Below the pieces are notes generated by a model. The model was not told where the DNA came from, searched no databases, and saw nothing but the letters and a program-made list of their open reading frames with translations. Below are positions 12,958-25,448 of a stretch of 64,000 bases of DNA, piece after piece (within the stretch, counting starts at the first letter, position 1; every line of letters starts with the position of its first letter). The translations under genes and the position numbers were made by a program. This stretch comes from Callorhinchus milii (lineage: Eukaryota), in NCBI RefSeq assembly GCF_018977255.1, contig NW_024704743.1, positions 8,186,001-8,250,000 on the forward strand, written 5' to 3'.

Positions 12958-13881
12958 TATTTTTGGTCAGCTGGGTGCCTCTGACACATGCGGAAAGCCA
13001 TCACCGTGCTTAAGAGCGTACAAACCAAGCTAAGATTTCCATGCATCGCACCTACACATGGAAATCCCAGAGATAGATTGTTGAAATGGAATGCGCTCTC
13101 TCTCCCTGGAGGGACACATCCTGCTTACCTAATTCCGAAAAGTATTAGGCGAAGGTTGGCAAGAGCCAAGGCTTGGGGACCCCAGAGTTTGCATTGGGGG
13201 TACTGCTGGACTGCACACATTCCCATTGATATTGCTGTCTGGCAAACTTTCCCGCTGCTTGTCTAGCTAGGACCACCATATCCATTAGGGCTTGGGCTTC
13301 CAGGACTGAGTGGGATGACTCTCTGCCCCCAATGATTGATCTGCCCTTCCAGGTCCTACCAATGAGCCAGGCTCTCTGTGCTGTCATACAACAACAACAA
13401 CTTGCACTTATGTGGCTCCCTCCACACAGGGTAGCGTCTCAGAGCGCTTAACAGTGGCGGAGCCTGACTCCGAGCCGGGGTATGTGGGTAGGTGGGTAGG
13501 CCCTAAGCACGTTGAAGAGGAAGGTTTTCAGGTAGGACTTGAAAAAGGCGGAGGGATTGAGGGAGTATGTCCCAGAGATTCGTGACATAGGGGCTGAAAG
13601 CGCAACTTCCAATGGTGGGGTGGAAGGTGCGAGGAATGAGCAGGAGGCCAGTGCCAGTCAAGTGGAGGCACCGGCTAGTGGATTGAAGAGTGAGGAGGTT
13701 GGAGAGGCAGTGCCTTCATCAGCAGCTCCTGGAATACTGTGGATCAACCTGGATCAGGAATCGGACTACCGAGCCACGGAGGGTTTGCTCAATTCCAACA
13801 TTTCATTGGCAGTGCATGTCACCTTGGAGCCAGTTTAATTCCAAGGAGACCGCCCTTACCTTGCCCCCAAGGAGGACAGTC
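12958..13881 (-). mobile_element. Family X copy interrupted by an L2 3' fragment (13388-13709)
   Basis: Collinear with the reverse complement of 19308-19880 on both sides of the L2 insert; T-tract at the left end. Confidence 0.75.
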
Positions 13882-13959
13882 ACTATTCTCTAAGCAGCTA
13901 AATGTCATGACCAGAACTGTATCTTAGTCTAGCCTGACCAGAGCACTATAAAAGCTTGT

Positions 13960-14130
13960 GAGTATGTGTGTGCGCGGTTTGTGTGTATGTGTGATGTGGT
14001 GTGTGGTTTGTGGTTTGCCTGTGTGGGGGTGTGGGGTGTGGGGGGTTGGGGGGGGGGTGGTTGGAGATTGTGCAGTGTGTATGTGTTGGAGTTTGTGGGG
14101 GGATCAGAGGTTGTGTATGCATGTGTGTCT
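13960..14130 (+). repeat. GT/G-rich low-complexity tract
   Basis: (TG)n and G-runs. Confidence 0.85.
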
Positions 14131-15112
14131 GCTGTTAAGGTGGAAGTTAAAGATCTCATAGCACTATCAAAACGAAAAGGAAGTTTCTCTTGCTGTCCTA
14201 GACAACCAAAGCCCCAGATAAAATTGATCATTCAGTTCATGGCATTTGTGAGACACCACTGGGTGCAAATTGGCTGCCGTGTTTGCCTGTAAAATAAACA
14301 ACCACTGCACTTTGCAGCAATAATTCTGTGAAGCTCTTTGTGATGTCCTCCTGACCTGAAAGGCGTAATATCGACTGTGAAGATGATTAATATTTATCTC
14401 CTCCCTAGCACGGGAACAGCAGGACAACTGTAGCAAAGAATTTTCTACCTGCCGCACAACTGAGATCATCTTATTGAGCACAGACAGGATCAAACGTGGG
14501 ATCTACCTGGTCTGTACAGCTCAATGTCAGACTCGGCAATGCCTTTATGAGCTGAGCTTTCAAAGGAGCAGTCTTGTGCTTTCGAGAAGATTTTGGACAG
14601 ATTCAGCTCATGTGGGGAATGCCCTCGACAGCTGTCACAATGGTTGCTGAGCTGGTATGTCTTGCGGCACAAACGTTGACAGTGCAGAATCAGCGATGAA
14701 TGCTCCACTTATTCAAGAAGCATCTAACTTTTTCCATTGTGGATTGAATCAAAAACATAAACTTGCCATTGTTTTTAGACAAGCGCATCTTTTCACGTGT
14801 CACATTTACAGTCTCAATAAAATGGTGACCCGATGAGTTCAGAGTGCAGCGACTTTAATTTTTTCATAATGAATAAAATTGTATTTATTTTCGGATGAAG
14901 TCACACGGCACTAGTCAAAAAAAAGGCTAGTGATACAAACAAGGCTAGTATTGAGCTTGATAGATGCTGCATCATCATCATGGAATGGGGTGAATATTTT
15001 GCAACGGAGAGAAAAAAAAGGTTTCCTTTTGTTTTTTCCAACCCTGACATTCACTGCAAATATTCCCCAAAAAATGAATAAAGCTGCCCAAAAGAAATAT
15101 TAGTTATTAATA

Positions 15113-15447
15113 TTAGCATATTAGTTAGAGCACTCGCCAGCAATCGAGAGGACCCGGGATCGATTTTCAGGTGGGTGAAACCTTAGGCAAGTTTATCTGT
15201 TTACCTAGCAGTAAGTAGGAACCTGATTGGTGGTCAATTGGCGGATTGGTTTTCGGGGGTAATAATCCATTAAAAAAGAAGAATTTGGTTATTTTTTGTG
15301 GAACATTGCTGTTCGCAATTGGCTGCCACATATTGCCCACAAACTATACAGCGAAATTATGTTATAGCATATTCTGTGAAGTTCTTTGATACGTCTCAAC
15401 GATATGATAAAGCGCCAAAACAAATGCAAGCATTATTATTATTATTA
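15113..15447 (+). mobile_element. tRNA-headed SINE, long subfamily, diverged
   Basis: Head, internal segment, body and (ATT)n tail are all present. Confidence 0.8.
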
Positions 15448-15997
15448 AAGGAGAAACAAAAATGTGGTCTAATCTAGCCAGGATGTCTCCAGGTTCACTC
15501 CCATTTATTCCTTTAACCTAGAAAGATATCTATGTCTAATATTAATTGGTAATAATAACCAATGTGTAATAATAAGTGTAATCTTCCCTTCCAGCAGAAC
15601 ATCACTTTATCTCATCCCTACAGTCTTAGGATCCTTTTTATTTGATCACAGATTTTATTATGCATCTTTGCTGCATTATTAAACCAAGTGTTTCATATTC
15701 TTATAACCAGGACAGCATTCACACCAAGATTATGAGCCTCTTTGCTACCAGTAATACTGATGGCTTTAATATCTGACGATGCTCCTTCTAAGCAATAAGC
15801 AATAAGCACTCTCGGGTCCTTATTTAGATCTTTCTTCTAAGTCACATCACCAATTCCCTCACTATGGCAGATATCCACATTTAGCCATTCTGTGTAGAAT
15901 ATAATGACTCTGTGAAGGATATTCAATTGGATTGTAATCTCGTCTTCACAATGCTAGATGCTGAGAAAGTATTTGACCCCACTGAAGGGTGAATGAA

Positions 15998-16775
15998 TAT
16001 AGAATCATAGAATCATAGAATCGTACGGCACAAAAAGAGGCCGTTCGGCCCATCAAGTCTGTGCTGGCTCTTTGAAAAGAGCAAAGTAATGTCAACCCCA
16101 CTCCCCAGCCCTTTCCCCATAACCCTGCAAACCCGTCCTTCTCAAATACCCATCCACTGCGTTTTTAAAAGTAGTTATCGAATTGGCCTCGACCACCCTT
16201 TCAGGCAATGCATTCCAGATTTGAACAACTCGCTGCGTGAAAAAAAAATTCTCACCTCCCCTCGGCTTCTTTTAGATATTATTTTGAATCTGTGACCTCG
16301 AGTCACCGACACACCCACCAGTGGAAACAGTTTTTCCCTTTCTAACCTATCAAATCCCTCATGATTTTGAAGACCTATATTAGGTCTCCTCATAATCTTT
16401 TCTGCTCCAATGACAATAATCCTAACCTCTCTGGCCTTTCCTCATGATCAGGGTCCCTCATTCCTGGTACCATTCTTGTAAATCTCCTCTGAACCCTTTC
16501 CAATGCCTTAACATCCTTCCTATAGTGTGGTTCCCAGAACTGGGCGCAGTATTCCAACTAAGGCCTAACCAGTGTTTTATATAGGTTAATCATAACCTCC
16601 TGACTCTTGTACTCTATGCCCCTATTTATGAAGCCTAGTATCCCATATGCCCTTTTTACCGCTTTATCTGCTTTATCTATCTGTCCTGCCACCTTCAAGA
16701 ATTCATTTACCTGAACCCCCAGGTCTCTCTGTTCTTTCACACCCCTTAAGATTGTAAGGCCCATTAATTCCACTC
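15998..16775 (-). mobile_element. CR1-clade LINE 3' end, young
   Basis: (ATAGAATC)n tail; QRDLGVQV...AYGILGFINRGIEYKSQEVMINLYKTLVRP and TRGHRFK motifs. Confidence 0.9.
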
Positions 16776-16909
16776 CCAGATCCTTCTCTTGAATTATGTT
16801 ATTCTCACCTTGTTGAGCTTTGTTCCCAAAATGTGACCAAAACTTTCATAATCTATGATATTTGTTAATAGATTTTATAAGAAGAAATGTTTAAGGCAAA
16901 TAAAATTAT

Positions 16910-17120
16910 TGTTTTTTTTTGTTAGCTCGATGTCTGGCACATACAAAAACCTATCCCCATGCTTAAGAATATGCAAACCAAACTGAGAGTACATATGTAC
17001 GCCATTCACACCTGGAAATTTCTCTGTGTCTGGAATAGAATGTGCACTTTCTCCCTGGAGGGATGCAACAATTCCAGAGAGTATTAGGTGCAGGCTGGCA
17101 AGACCCAAGGCTTGGAGAAA
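16910..17120 (-). mobile_element. Family X diverged 3' fragment
   Basis: T-tract followed by CATGCTTAAGAATATGCAAACCAA ... CCAAGGCTTGG, as in the other copies. Confidence 0.65.
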
Positions 17121-17564
17121 TGAATTTTATAACCAGCCATCCCTCTACAGCATCCTCTATCCTATCCATTAGTTGTTTGGCCTGACATGGTTGTAACCAT
17201 AGAAATGTGTGACTCGGTAGGAGAGCATTCAACCAATTGTATTAATGTCAGTGCTTTTTTCTCCATCCGAATCCCGATTCTCTGCTCTTTCTCAATTTCC
17301 CTCTAATACCCTTCTTCCAATTTCTTCTGATACCAAACATAATGTTCGGCAAAATACGTTTGGCATTTAGACGTGCCTTTTCACGTTGGGAGGAAGTCTC
17401 AATTGTTTCCATTTATTAGTGAGTCCATAACTAGAGGACATGAATATAATATTAGCTGCAAGTAGATCTAATAGGAAATTTAGGAGGAACGTTCTTACAC
17501 AGAAGTTGATGAGATTGTGGAACTCGCAGGCAGAAGCAAATAACATCAATGTATTTAAGAGAAA

Positions 17565-18670
17565 CAGCAACAAAAACAAAATGACATTTGTAAAGCACCT
17601 TTCACGTTGGGAGGACGCCCCAAGGTGCTGAACAGTCAAGGATCAGGACCCGAGCCTTGGGGCAGGGTTGGGATGAGGGAGGGCAGAGGGAGGGTAAGAG
17701 AGCGGCTGAAGACATGGTCAAAAAAAAGGAGGGTCTTGAGTTGTGCCTTGAAGGAGTCAAGAGAGGGAATAAGGTGAAGGGATTGTGGGATGAGTTCCAA
17801 AGAGTGGGGGCAGAGAGGCCAAAAGCCCAGCTGCTGGTGGTAGGGCAGGTCAGGCGGGAGTCCTGGACCAGGCTGGAGCCTGCTGAGTGGAGGTAGTGGA
17901 CAGATTGATAGGTCAGCAGAGTCAGAGATGTAGGAGGGGACAGCAGGTCAGCAGGTCAGAGATGGAGGAGGGGACAAGGCCGTGGATGGCCTTGAAAGTG
18001 AAAACAAGGATTTTAAATTCTGCCTTCTGAGGAATGGGGAGCCAGTGGAGCCGGTCGAGGGTGGGGGTGATGGGTTCACGGTATCTGGTGCAGGAGAGGA
18101 AATGAGCTGCAGAGTTCTGGATGATCTGCAGCTTGTGGAGGGAAGAGTTGGGGAGTCCAACAAGAAGAGTATTTCCATAGTCGAGCCTTGAGGTGACGAA
18201 TACGTGTATGAGGATTTCGGTGGCCTGAGAGGTGAGGTAGTGGTGCAGTCAGGCAATGTTACGGAGGTGGGGGAAGGCAGAGTGAGTCATGGCATGGATA
18301 TGGGGGAGAAAGGACAGTTGTGGGTCGAACAAGATGCCCAGGTTCCTGACTGGCTTGGTGAGATGGAGTGAGCAATAATGGAGGCTAAGCTGCCAATGCC
18401 TGAGGTGCTGAGGCTCTGGCGGGAGCCAATCAGGTGAGCCTCGGTCTTGCTGACATTCAGCTGTAGAAAGTTGGCTCTCATCCAGGACTTGATGTCAGAC
18501 AGACATTTTGTCAGGACGTCAGTTGTCCTGGAATCGAAGGTGGAGGCAGAGAGATAGAGTTGGGTGTCATCCATGAACATGTGGAAGTTGACCCCATGTT
18601 GGCGGATGATGTCACGAAGGGGAGCATGTAGAGGTTGAAGAGGAGGGGACCAAGGACAGAGCTAGACTGT
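17565..18670 (-). mobile_element. L2 LINE 3' portion including the RT catalytic region
   Basis: SVLGPLLFNLYM, FMDDTQLY and WMRANFLQLN on the minus strand; tail near 17565. Confidence 0.9.
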
Positions 18671-19307
18671 ACAGGGGCTGGAAGAGAAACTGTTGGCAGA
18701 GACTGGAGAAAACTGGAAACATACATGAGGGAGAAGGGAATAGGAAGGGTGGGGGCTCGTATGGCATATAAACAGTAGCATGGATTACTTATGCCTGTTT
18801 CCATGCTTGTTCTCTCTATATAACTCCATGAAAGATCACGGGGGTGAGGGTACCTGAGGGTGTATCTTGAATTGTGTTTTGCAAAGCCTTCAGGAGAAGA
18901 GCAGGGAAAACTGGCAGAAAAGGGCAAACTCATGCGTTGATAAAAAGTGTTGACCTAAAAGTACTCCAATTATATTTGACGTAATGTAAATGTCAATTAT
19001 TAAAAGATTAATGGTCAGGGACTTCCGCAGGTCTTTTAATTACAAGCAAGACTGTACATGTTTCAATCTGACCTAATCTGAATAATATACAACTACATGC
19101 TTACTTGAGTTGCCAGAATCTGCCCCGGGAAACTTATTAGCTGAAATGTGTAGTGATATCATGAATTTGACTGCTATACTAACTGCAACAGTGGTGACAG
19201 GCTCTGACTGCTCCCTGAGTACTTACTCTGTCATTTCATTTCATTCATCACTGAAGGTGCTGTGTGACAGTGTCTGTCTCTCGGTGGAGTGACGAGGCTC
19301 CTGTCTT

Positions 19308-19880
19308 TGACTTCCTCCTTGTGGGGAGGTAAACAATGTCAACTTGGAGCTGAACTGGCTCCAAAATGAATTGCTTGGCAATGGAATTTCGGAATCGAGC
19401 CAGCCTTCTGCGCTAGTCTTGGTAGTTCAGTTCCTGAGCCAGGTGGGTCTGCGGTATTCCATGGCACTGCTGATGACAGCACAGCTCATTGGCAAGACCC
19501 GGAAGGGTAGACAGGTCATTGGGGGCAGGGAGACATCCCACTCAGCTCCTGTTAACACTACAAGCCAAAGCCCTAATAGATAAGGTGGTCCCAGCTGCAA
19601 TATCAATGGCGGTTTTGGCTGGTTAGACACCAGCAGTATCCCAACCCATACTCTGGGGTCCCCAAGCCTTGGTTCTTGCCAACCTATGCCTAATACATTC
19701 CGGAATTAGGTAAACAGAATGTGTCCCTCCAAGGAGAGAGCCTACATTTCCATTCCAACAATCTATCTCTGGGATTTCCATGTGTAGATGCGATGCATGG
19801 AAATCTTAGCTTGGTTTGCATACTCTTAAGCATGGTGAGGGGTTTACGGATATGTCAGACACCCGGCTGAACAAAAAAAA
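19308..19880 (+). mobile_element. Unclassified structured A-tailed retroposon ('family X'), longest uninterrupted copy
   Basis: Ends ...CAGACACCCGGCTGAAC(A)8; homologous to copies at 12958, 16915, 24755, 50709, 2445 and 36250; several internal hairpins. Confidence 0.75.
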
Positions 19881-20134
19881 CTTCAACTTGGCTGGATTTA
19901 CATTTATTTTAGTCCCTTTAATTCCCTTGACTCCAGGCATGGGAATGAAGCTCAGAACTTGAGCTTTGAAATTTCAGCAAACCTTTGAAACATTTACTGC
20001 CCTTTTTTTTGCTGACTCTTCACTCAATCGTGCTACAGTTATTGCTGTGTTTGCCATTCTTTATTAATTTTGATTCCTGCTGTAATCAAGGGATATTTGT
20101 ATTCAATAAGTGGTCATCTCCCGTTCCTTCCAAT

Positions 20135-20472
20135 TGGTGGGCTCTGGCCTGCTCCATGCCCCCCGCCCTGGCTGCCCAACCATCAGTGGTTGGGCCTTCA
20201 GCCTTTCTGCATCCAGTTCTTCAACCTCTGGAACTCCATCCTGGAATCCCTTTGCCTCACCTCCTCCCTTGCCACCTTCAAAGCCTGTCTCAAGATCTTC
20301 TTCTTTGACCGTGCCTTTGATCGCCCTCCCACTCCCACCGGCTTGGCCCCCACCGCTCTTGATGGCAACCCCCAGCTCGGATTCAAACCCTTGACTGTTC
20401 AGTGCTTTGGGACATTATTTCGACATGAAATGCACTGTATATAAATATTTATAAATTGTTGTGGTGTTGTTG
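20135..20472 (+). mobile_element. L2 3'UTR fragment. Similar short L2 tails near 3300, 10255, 13388, 37625, 51335, 53170, 62170 and 63080
   Basis: CTCTGGAACTCC...CCTTCAAAGCC...CTTTGACCGTGCCTT shared with the 56650-56760 region. Confidence 0.78.
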
Positions 20473-20619
20473 ATGGTCACAAATACTACACAAACTATAG
20501 ACTCAAGCTAGAGTCTCTCTCCTGGTCTGGATTTGCACCATCATCTACCTTAGACTAGGTGGCATCAGAATACTGCCCACTCACCTCTTGGAGTGCAGAA
20601 TCAAATCAATATACTAATA

Positions 20620-21020
20620 GTGCTTACATTTCATACAGCACCTTACGACAGGACATCTTCACAGGAGTTTATTGTAAAGAGTAGTGTCTGTGTATTTGTA
20701 GGTGAAAGCAGCAGCCAATTTTCACACAGCAGTGTCCCACAAACAGCCATGAGTTGAGTGACCAATTTTATTTGGGGAAATGTTGGCCAAGACACCGGGA
20801 GAAACTCTCTTTTTTGAATAGTGCAATAGGACCTTTAACATCCACCTGAACAGGCAGACAGGACTTTGGTTTAACATCTCATCTAAAAGACAGCACCTGC
20901 AAAATGCACACTGCATTGGAGCATCAGCCTAGACTATGTGAGTTCAAATTCCCCATACGAGGCTTGAACCCACAACCTTCTGACTCGAGGTGAGAATGCT
21001 ATCAACTGAGCCAGCCTGAC
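20620..21020 (-). mobile_element. Older Deu-type SINE. Further copies or fragments near 14130, 24175, 25452, 29110, 32065, 44325, 46612, 52620 and 56995
   Basis: CTTTAACATCCACCTGAACAGGCAGAC body and GAACCCACAACCTTCTGACTC head recur through the window. Confidence 0.78.
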
Positions 21021-22782
21021 AGTAATGTTCCACCAACACCCATGAAGTGAATAACTGTGAGAATGTTGGCAGGACACTGGGAGAATCTCCCTTCTCTTTT
21101 CAAGTAGTTCCATGGGATTTTTAAAATCAACCAAAACAAGAAGAATCAAACCAGACCAAGATAAAATAAAAATCCCTCTGATAAAGCAATACAAATGGTG
21201 GTGTTTGTCTGAAGATTTGACAGATTTGCTGTTCATGTTGAAGACACAACTAGGAGACTTTCAGTGCCTTGGGACATACTCCCGAGGTGAAAGGCGCTAT
21301 ACAAATGTAATTTGTTGTTGTTGTTGAGACCTTTTAAACCTTATCCTCTCTATCTAGTCCTGAATCATTTTGTCTTTATTTAACCTCTTGTCCACACAAA
21401 AAAAATCTATCTCCCAGACAGACTGATTTGCTCCATCCTTACATTTTCCCAGAAATATTGGACACTAAATCTTCCGCTTTCTCCCTTCCTTGTATGACAT
21501 GATCCTTGCAGAGCTCATCCATCAGTAACTTTCAATAAGGTATCTTTAAATTTCCCCAGTAGTGGGATATACAGCGCCACTGTGTGGTGCTCCGGAGCAG
21601 TGTGTGGGAGTGCCTGAAACCTTGTACACTCCTCACATCCTTTGGATTGAAACTTCAGCGCTCAGAACGTGGCAGTCCCACAAGAAGAAAGACCAATTTC
21701 AACAGCCCAGGGTTCAGTAGACGCTAAGCCTTGGCTGACTTTAGTTGCAATGACGTCATGCGCTTGTGATGTAGTTCATCCTTTGCCAGCGAAACTCACG
21801 TCACTGCATTTTCGATGCCAAATATTTGTTTGTAAAAAAAATAAGTTTACTAAGTAAAATGCTTTTTTAAAATTTTGTCATTGCAAAATTTCACAAACGC
21901 CTGCTTGCCAAAATCCACCTCAAACATAAAAACAAACCGTTGTTCACCTCATGGCTGTGTGTGGGACATTGGCTGCTGCGTTTGCCTACAAAACACACAG
22001 TCACTACACTTTACAGTGAAACCTGTGAAGTGCTTTGAGACACCAACGCTACACTTTATGGTAAATTCTGTGATGTGCTTTGAAAGTGCTCTGGGCCGCT
22101 ACCCTGCATGAGTGGCGCTATATAAATGCAAGTTGTTATTTTCCTGATGTGACACGGTTTATAACAAATATAAGGATTATAATTGGGTTAATGTTGAAAA
22201 TGTTTCTCTGAACAAAAAGCAAAGATCACGTAGCAAATAGAAACATAATTCAGCTTTGAGATGTCTCGAAGATGTGATAAGGTGTTATATCAAATGCAAG
22301 GATTATTATTATTTATTGCTTTTTATAACAGAACCTCAATATACGATTTGTGCCAGTGAAGGAGTTAAAACACTTGGGCTGCATGTGTTACCTACAGCTT
22401 TGAATTGTGAACTTCTGATTGCAAGCTCCAAGTCTGAAGCCCATTCAGCCGTTTCCTGCAAAGAATTTTTCCTGAATCTCAGCTCAGTGATCCCTGAGAA
22501 GCATGTAGTATCCAAGTGTCATCTTGTGGGATAAACTAAGATTGGCTTTGGCATTAGCACTGGGCAGTCCGCATTCCATCCTCCTGACATGTTGCCAGAA
22601 TATTTGGGTCTAATTTAGGATGGTAAAAAATAGGGGAGAAATGGGGTGGGGAAGGAATAAATATGGCAACACATACCAGTCTTCAATGTGTGAAATTGCT
22701 TTCTGCGTAGCTGCTGCTTTCAGATAGCATAGATGCATTCAAGAGGAAGCTAAACCTTCACTTGCATGTGTATGTGTGTGTG

Positions 22783-23632
22783 TCCTGGATGAGGGCAAAT
22801 TTTCTACAGTTGAATGTGAACAAGACTGAGGCACTCCTGATTGGCTCGCGCCAGTGCCTCAGCACCTCACCTCAGCATCAACCTCCATGGTTGCACACTT
22901 CAACTCACCAGCCAGTCAGGAACCTAGGTGTCTTGTTCGACCCTCAACTGTCTTTTCTTACCCACATCCAAGCCATGACCCGCTCTGCCTTCCCTCACCT
23001 CCATAACATTGCCCGACTCCGCCACTACCTCACCCCTCAGGCCACTGAAACTCTTGTTCATGCCTTCATCACCTCCAGACTCGACTTGTCGGCCTTCACA
23101 ACTCCTCCCTCCACAGGCTGCAGATAATCCATAACTCTGCAGCCCGTGTCCTCTCCCGCACCAAACTCCGTGACCATCTCCCCCACTCTCGCCCGACTCC
23201 ACTGGCTCTCTATCCTTCAGAGGATCCAGTTCAACATCTTGGTCCTCACACACAAAGCCCTCCATGGCCTCACTCCACCCTACCTCTGAGACCTCCTAAC
23301 CCCCTACCAACCCGCCCATTCTCTCCTCTCAGCTGGCACCGGCCTGCTCCACGTCCCCCGACCCACCCATCTCACCATTGGCGGGAGAGCCTTCAGCCAC
23401 TCTGCCCCCACCTCTGGAATTCCATCCCCCAATCACTCCGCCTCGCCGCCTCCTTAGCCTCCTTCAAGTCCTGCCTCAAGGCCCTCCTCTTTGACCATGC
23501 CATCGGCCACCCCCTTTCCCCTCCCCTCCCTTCTCCCTCCCCCCTACCCCAGCTCGGGGCTGAAATGTTGTCCAGCGCCTTGGGACATCCTCCCAACGTG
23601 AAAGGCGCAATACAAATGTAATCTTGTTGTGT
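22783..23632 (+). mobile_element. L2 LINE 3' end
   Basis: WMRANFLQLNVNKTE...VRNLGVLFD...LVHAFITSRLD; same tail as the 56005 copy. Confidence 0.9.
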
Positions 23633-23887
23633 GTGTGAGGGTATGTGTGTGTGTGTGTATGTATGTATGTGATGGTGTATGAGGGTGTGTGTATGTGTAT
23701 GAAGGTGTATATGAGGGTGTGCGCATGTGTGTGAGGGTGTATATGAGGGTGTGGTATGTATGTAGGTGTATATGATGGTGTATGTATCTGAGGGTGTATA
23801 TGAGGGTGTATGTATGTGAGGGTGTATATGAGGGTGTGTGTATGTATGTGTTTGTATGTGAGGGTGTATATGAGGGTGTGTGTATGT
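23628..23887 (+). repeat. Compound GT-rich mini/microsatellite with recurring GAGGGTGTATAT unit
   Basis: Repeated TGAGGGTGTATATGAGGGTGT interleaved with (TG)n and (TATG)n. Confidence 0.9.
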
Positions 23888-24754
23888 CCATTCCCCCATC
23901 TTCCATCAATTGCTGGTTTTGTTCGATTGCATCTAATAAACAAAGAACATTGTGGTTTGGTAATAAATTTTGGTATGACACTGCATTTTTCACCTCTGTT
24001 GGAAGACCATAAACAGTTGATTGGAAACAGAAGCCGGTTTGTTTCCTTCACTTGTGACTGCCCAACGTCAAAACACTCTACCGTGAGCTTCCTCCTAGCA
24101 CAACATCATGTGCAGTGGCAGCAACATGTGACAGGCCTGAGATGAACTAAAATTCCAATCAGTTTGTGCACCTTATCACATCGTTAAAATGACTCAAAGC
24201 ACTTCAAAGGATTTGTCAGTAAAGTATAGTGACTGTGCATTTTGTAGGCAAATGCAGCAGCCAATTTGTGCATAACAAAGTCCCACAACCAGCCATGAAA
24301 TGCGTGACCAATTTTATCTGGGGGATTGTTGGCCAGGTCACTGGGAGAAACTCCCTTTTCTTTTTGAATAGTGCCATGGGATCTTGTGAGGTCCTCCTGA
24401 ACAGGCAGACATGTCTTATGTTGATACAAAGGCTCCATTTAATGGGCTTCATCCAATTTTCCAACAGAACAGTATGTGTTCAGATCACACAAGATCACAA
24501 GATTAGTCTGGAAGAAGAAAGCCCTTTAGCCCATCTGATCTTATGAAGTGGCCTGTGTGGAATGCATTCATTAGTGCAAGATACTGTTCCCTTGCATTGG
24601 TGGATTAATATAACAGAATGGCTGCTTTTACAGGGCATATTTCAATATTCTTTCACTTATTCTTTTAAAAATGCAATTAGTGTAATGTGATTATTTAGCA
24701 ACCTGACTTACCTCTAGTAGGTGTGAATGTGTGGTTCTTATCCATTATATATTT

Positions 24755-25072
24755 CAACTGGGTGTCTGAAAAATGCTGAAACCCATCACTATGCTTAAGA
24801 GTATCAAATCAGACTAAGAGTTCCATATTTGGGACCCACGTGTGGAAATGTCAGTGTTTGGAATGAAATGCACACTCTCTACCCAAAAGGACTCACCTGC
24901 TTATCTAATTCCAGAGGATATTAGGCTCAGGTTGGCAAGAGCCAAGGCTTGGGGACCCCAGAGTGTGTGTTGGGGTACTGCTGGTGTCTAACCAGCTAAA
25001 ACTGTATAGCTTGCCATTCAGAGTACTTTCTGGGAAGCTTCCTGCTGTTCGTCCAGCTAGGTTGGAAGAGAT
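24755..25072 (-). mobile_element. Family X 5'-truncated copy
   Basis: Shares GGTTGGCAAGAGCCAAGGCTTGGGGACCCCAGAGT with the 13155 and 50846 copies. Confidence 0.75.
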
Positions 25073-25145
25073 TGAATTTGGCTTGTATGTTTGTGTATAA
25101 TATACAGAATAATAATTCTGAAATAGTCATTGCATTTGATACAAT

Positions 25146-25448
25146 AATAATAATAATGATCCTTGATATAGCGCTTTCACGTTTTCTAGATGTCTCAAGT
25201 GCTTCACAGAATATACTGTAAAGTGAATTGACTGTATATTTGTGGGCGAAATGTGGCAGCCAAATTGCACACAGCAGTGTCCCACAAACAGTCATAGATT
25301 GAAGTGACCAATTTATTATTGCTTTTTCTTGAGGGATTATTATTAGGCGTGTGGAGTAAGGAAACTTGCCCAAGGTTTCGCCCTGCTGGGAATCGAACCC
25401 AAGTCTCTCGCTTGAGAGGTGAGTACTCTAACCACTGAGCTGCAGGAC
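25146..25448 (-). mobile_element. Young SINE, short subfamily, inserted in the tail of an older SINE
   Basis: ACAAT at 25141-25145 and 25447-25451; the older SINE resumes afterwards. Confidence 0.85.

Noticed and set aside
19344..19583. Family X ORF as a conserved peptide (similar translation at 13145-13387)
   Set aside because: Similarity follows from DNA homology; frames and stops differ among copies.
23393..24145. Overlapping His/Thr/Pro/Tyr-rich ORFs
   Set aside because: Translation artefacts of the GT-rich satellite.
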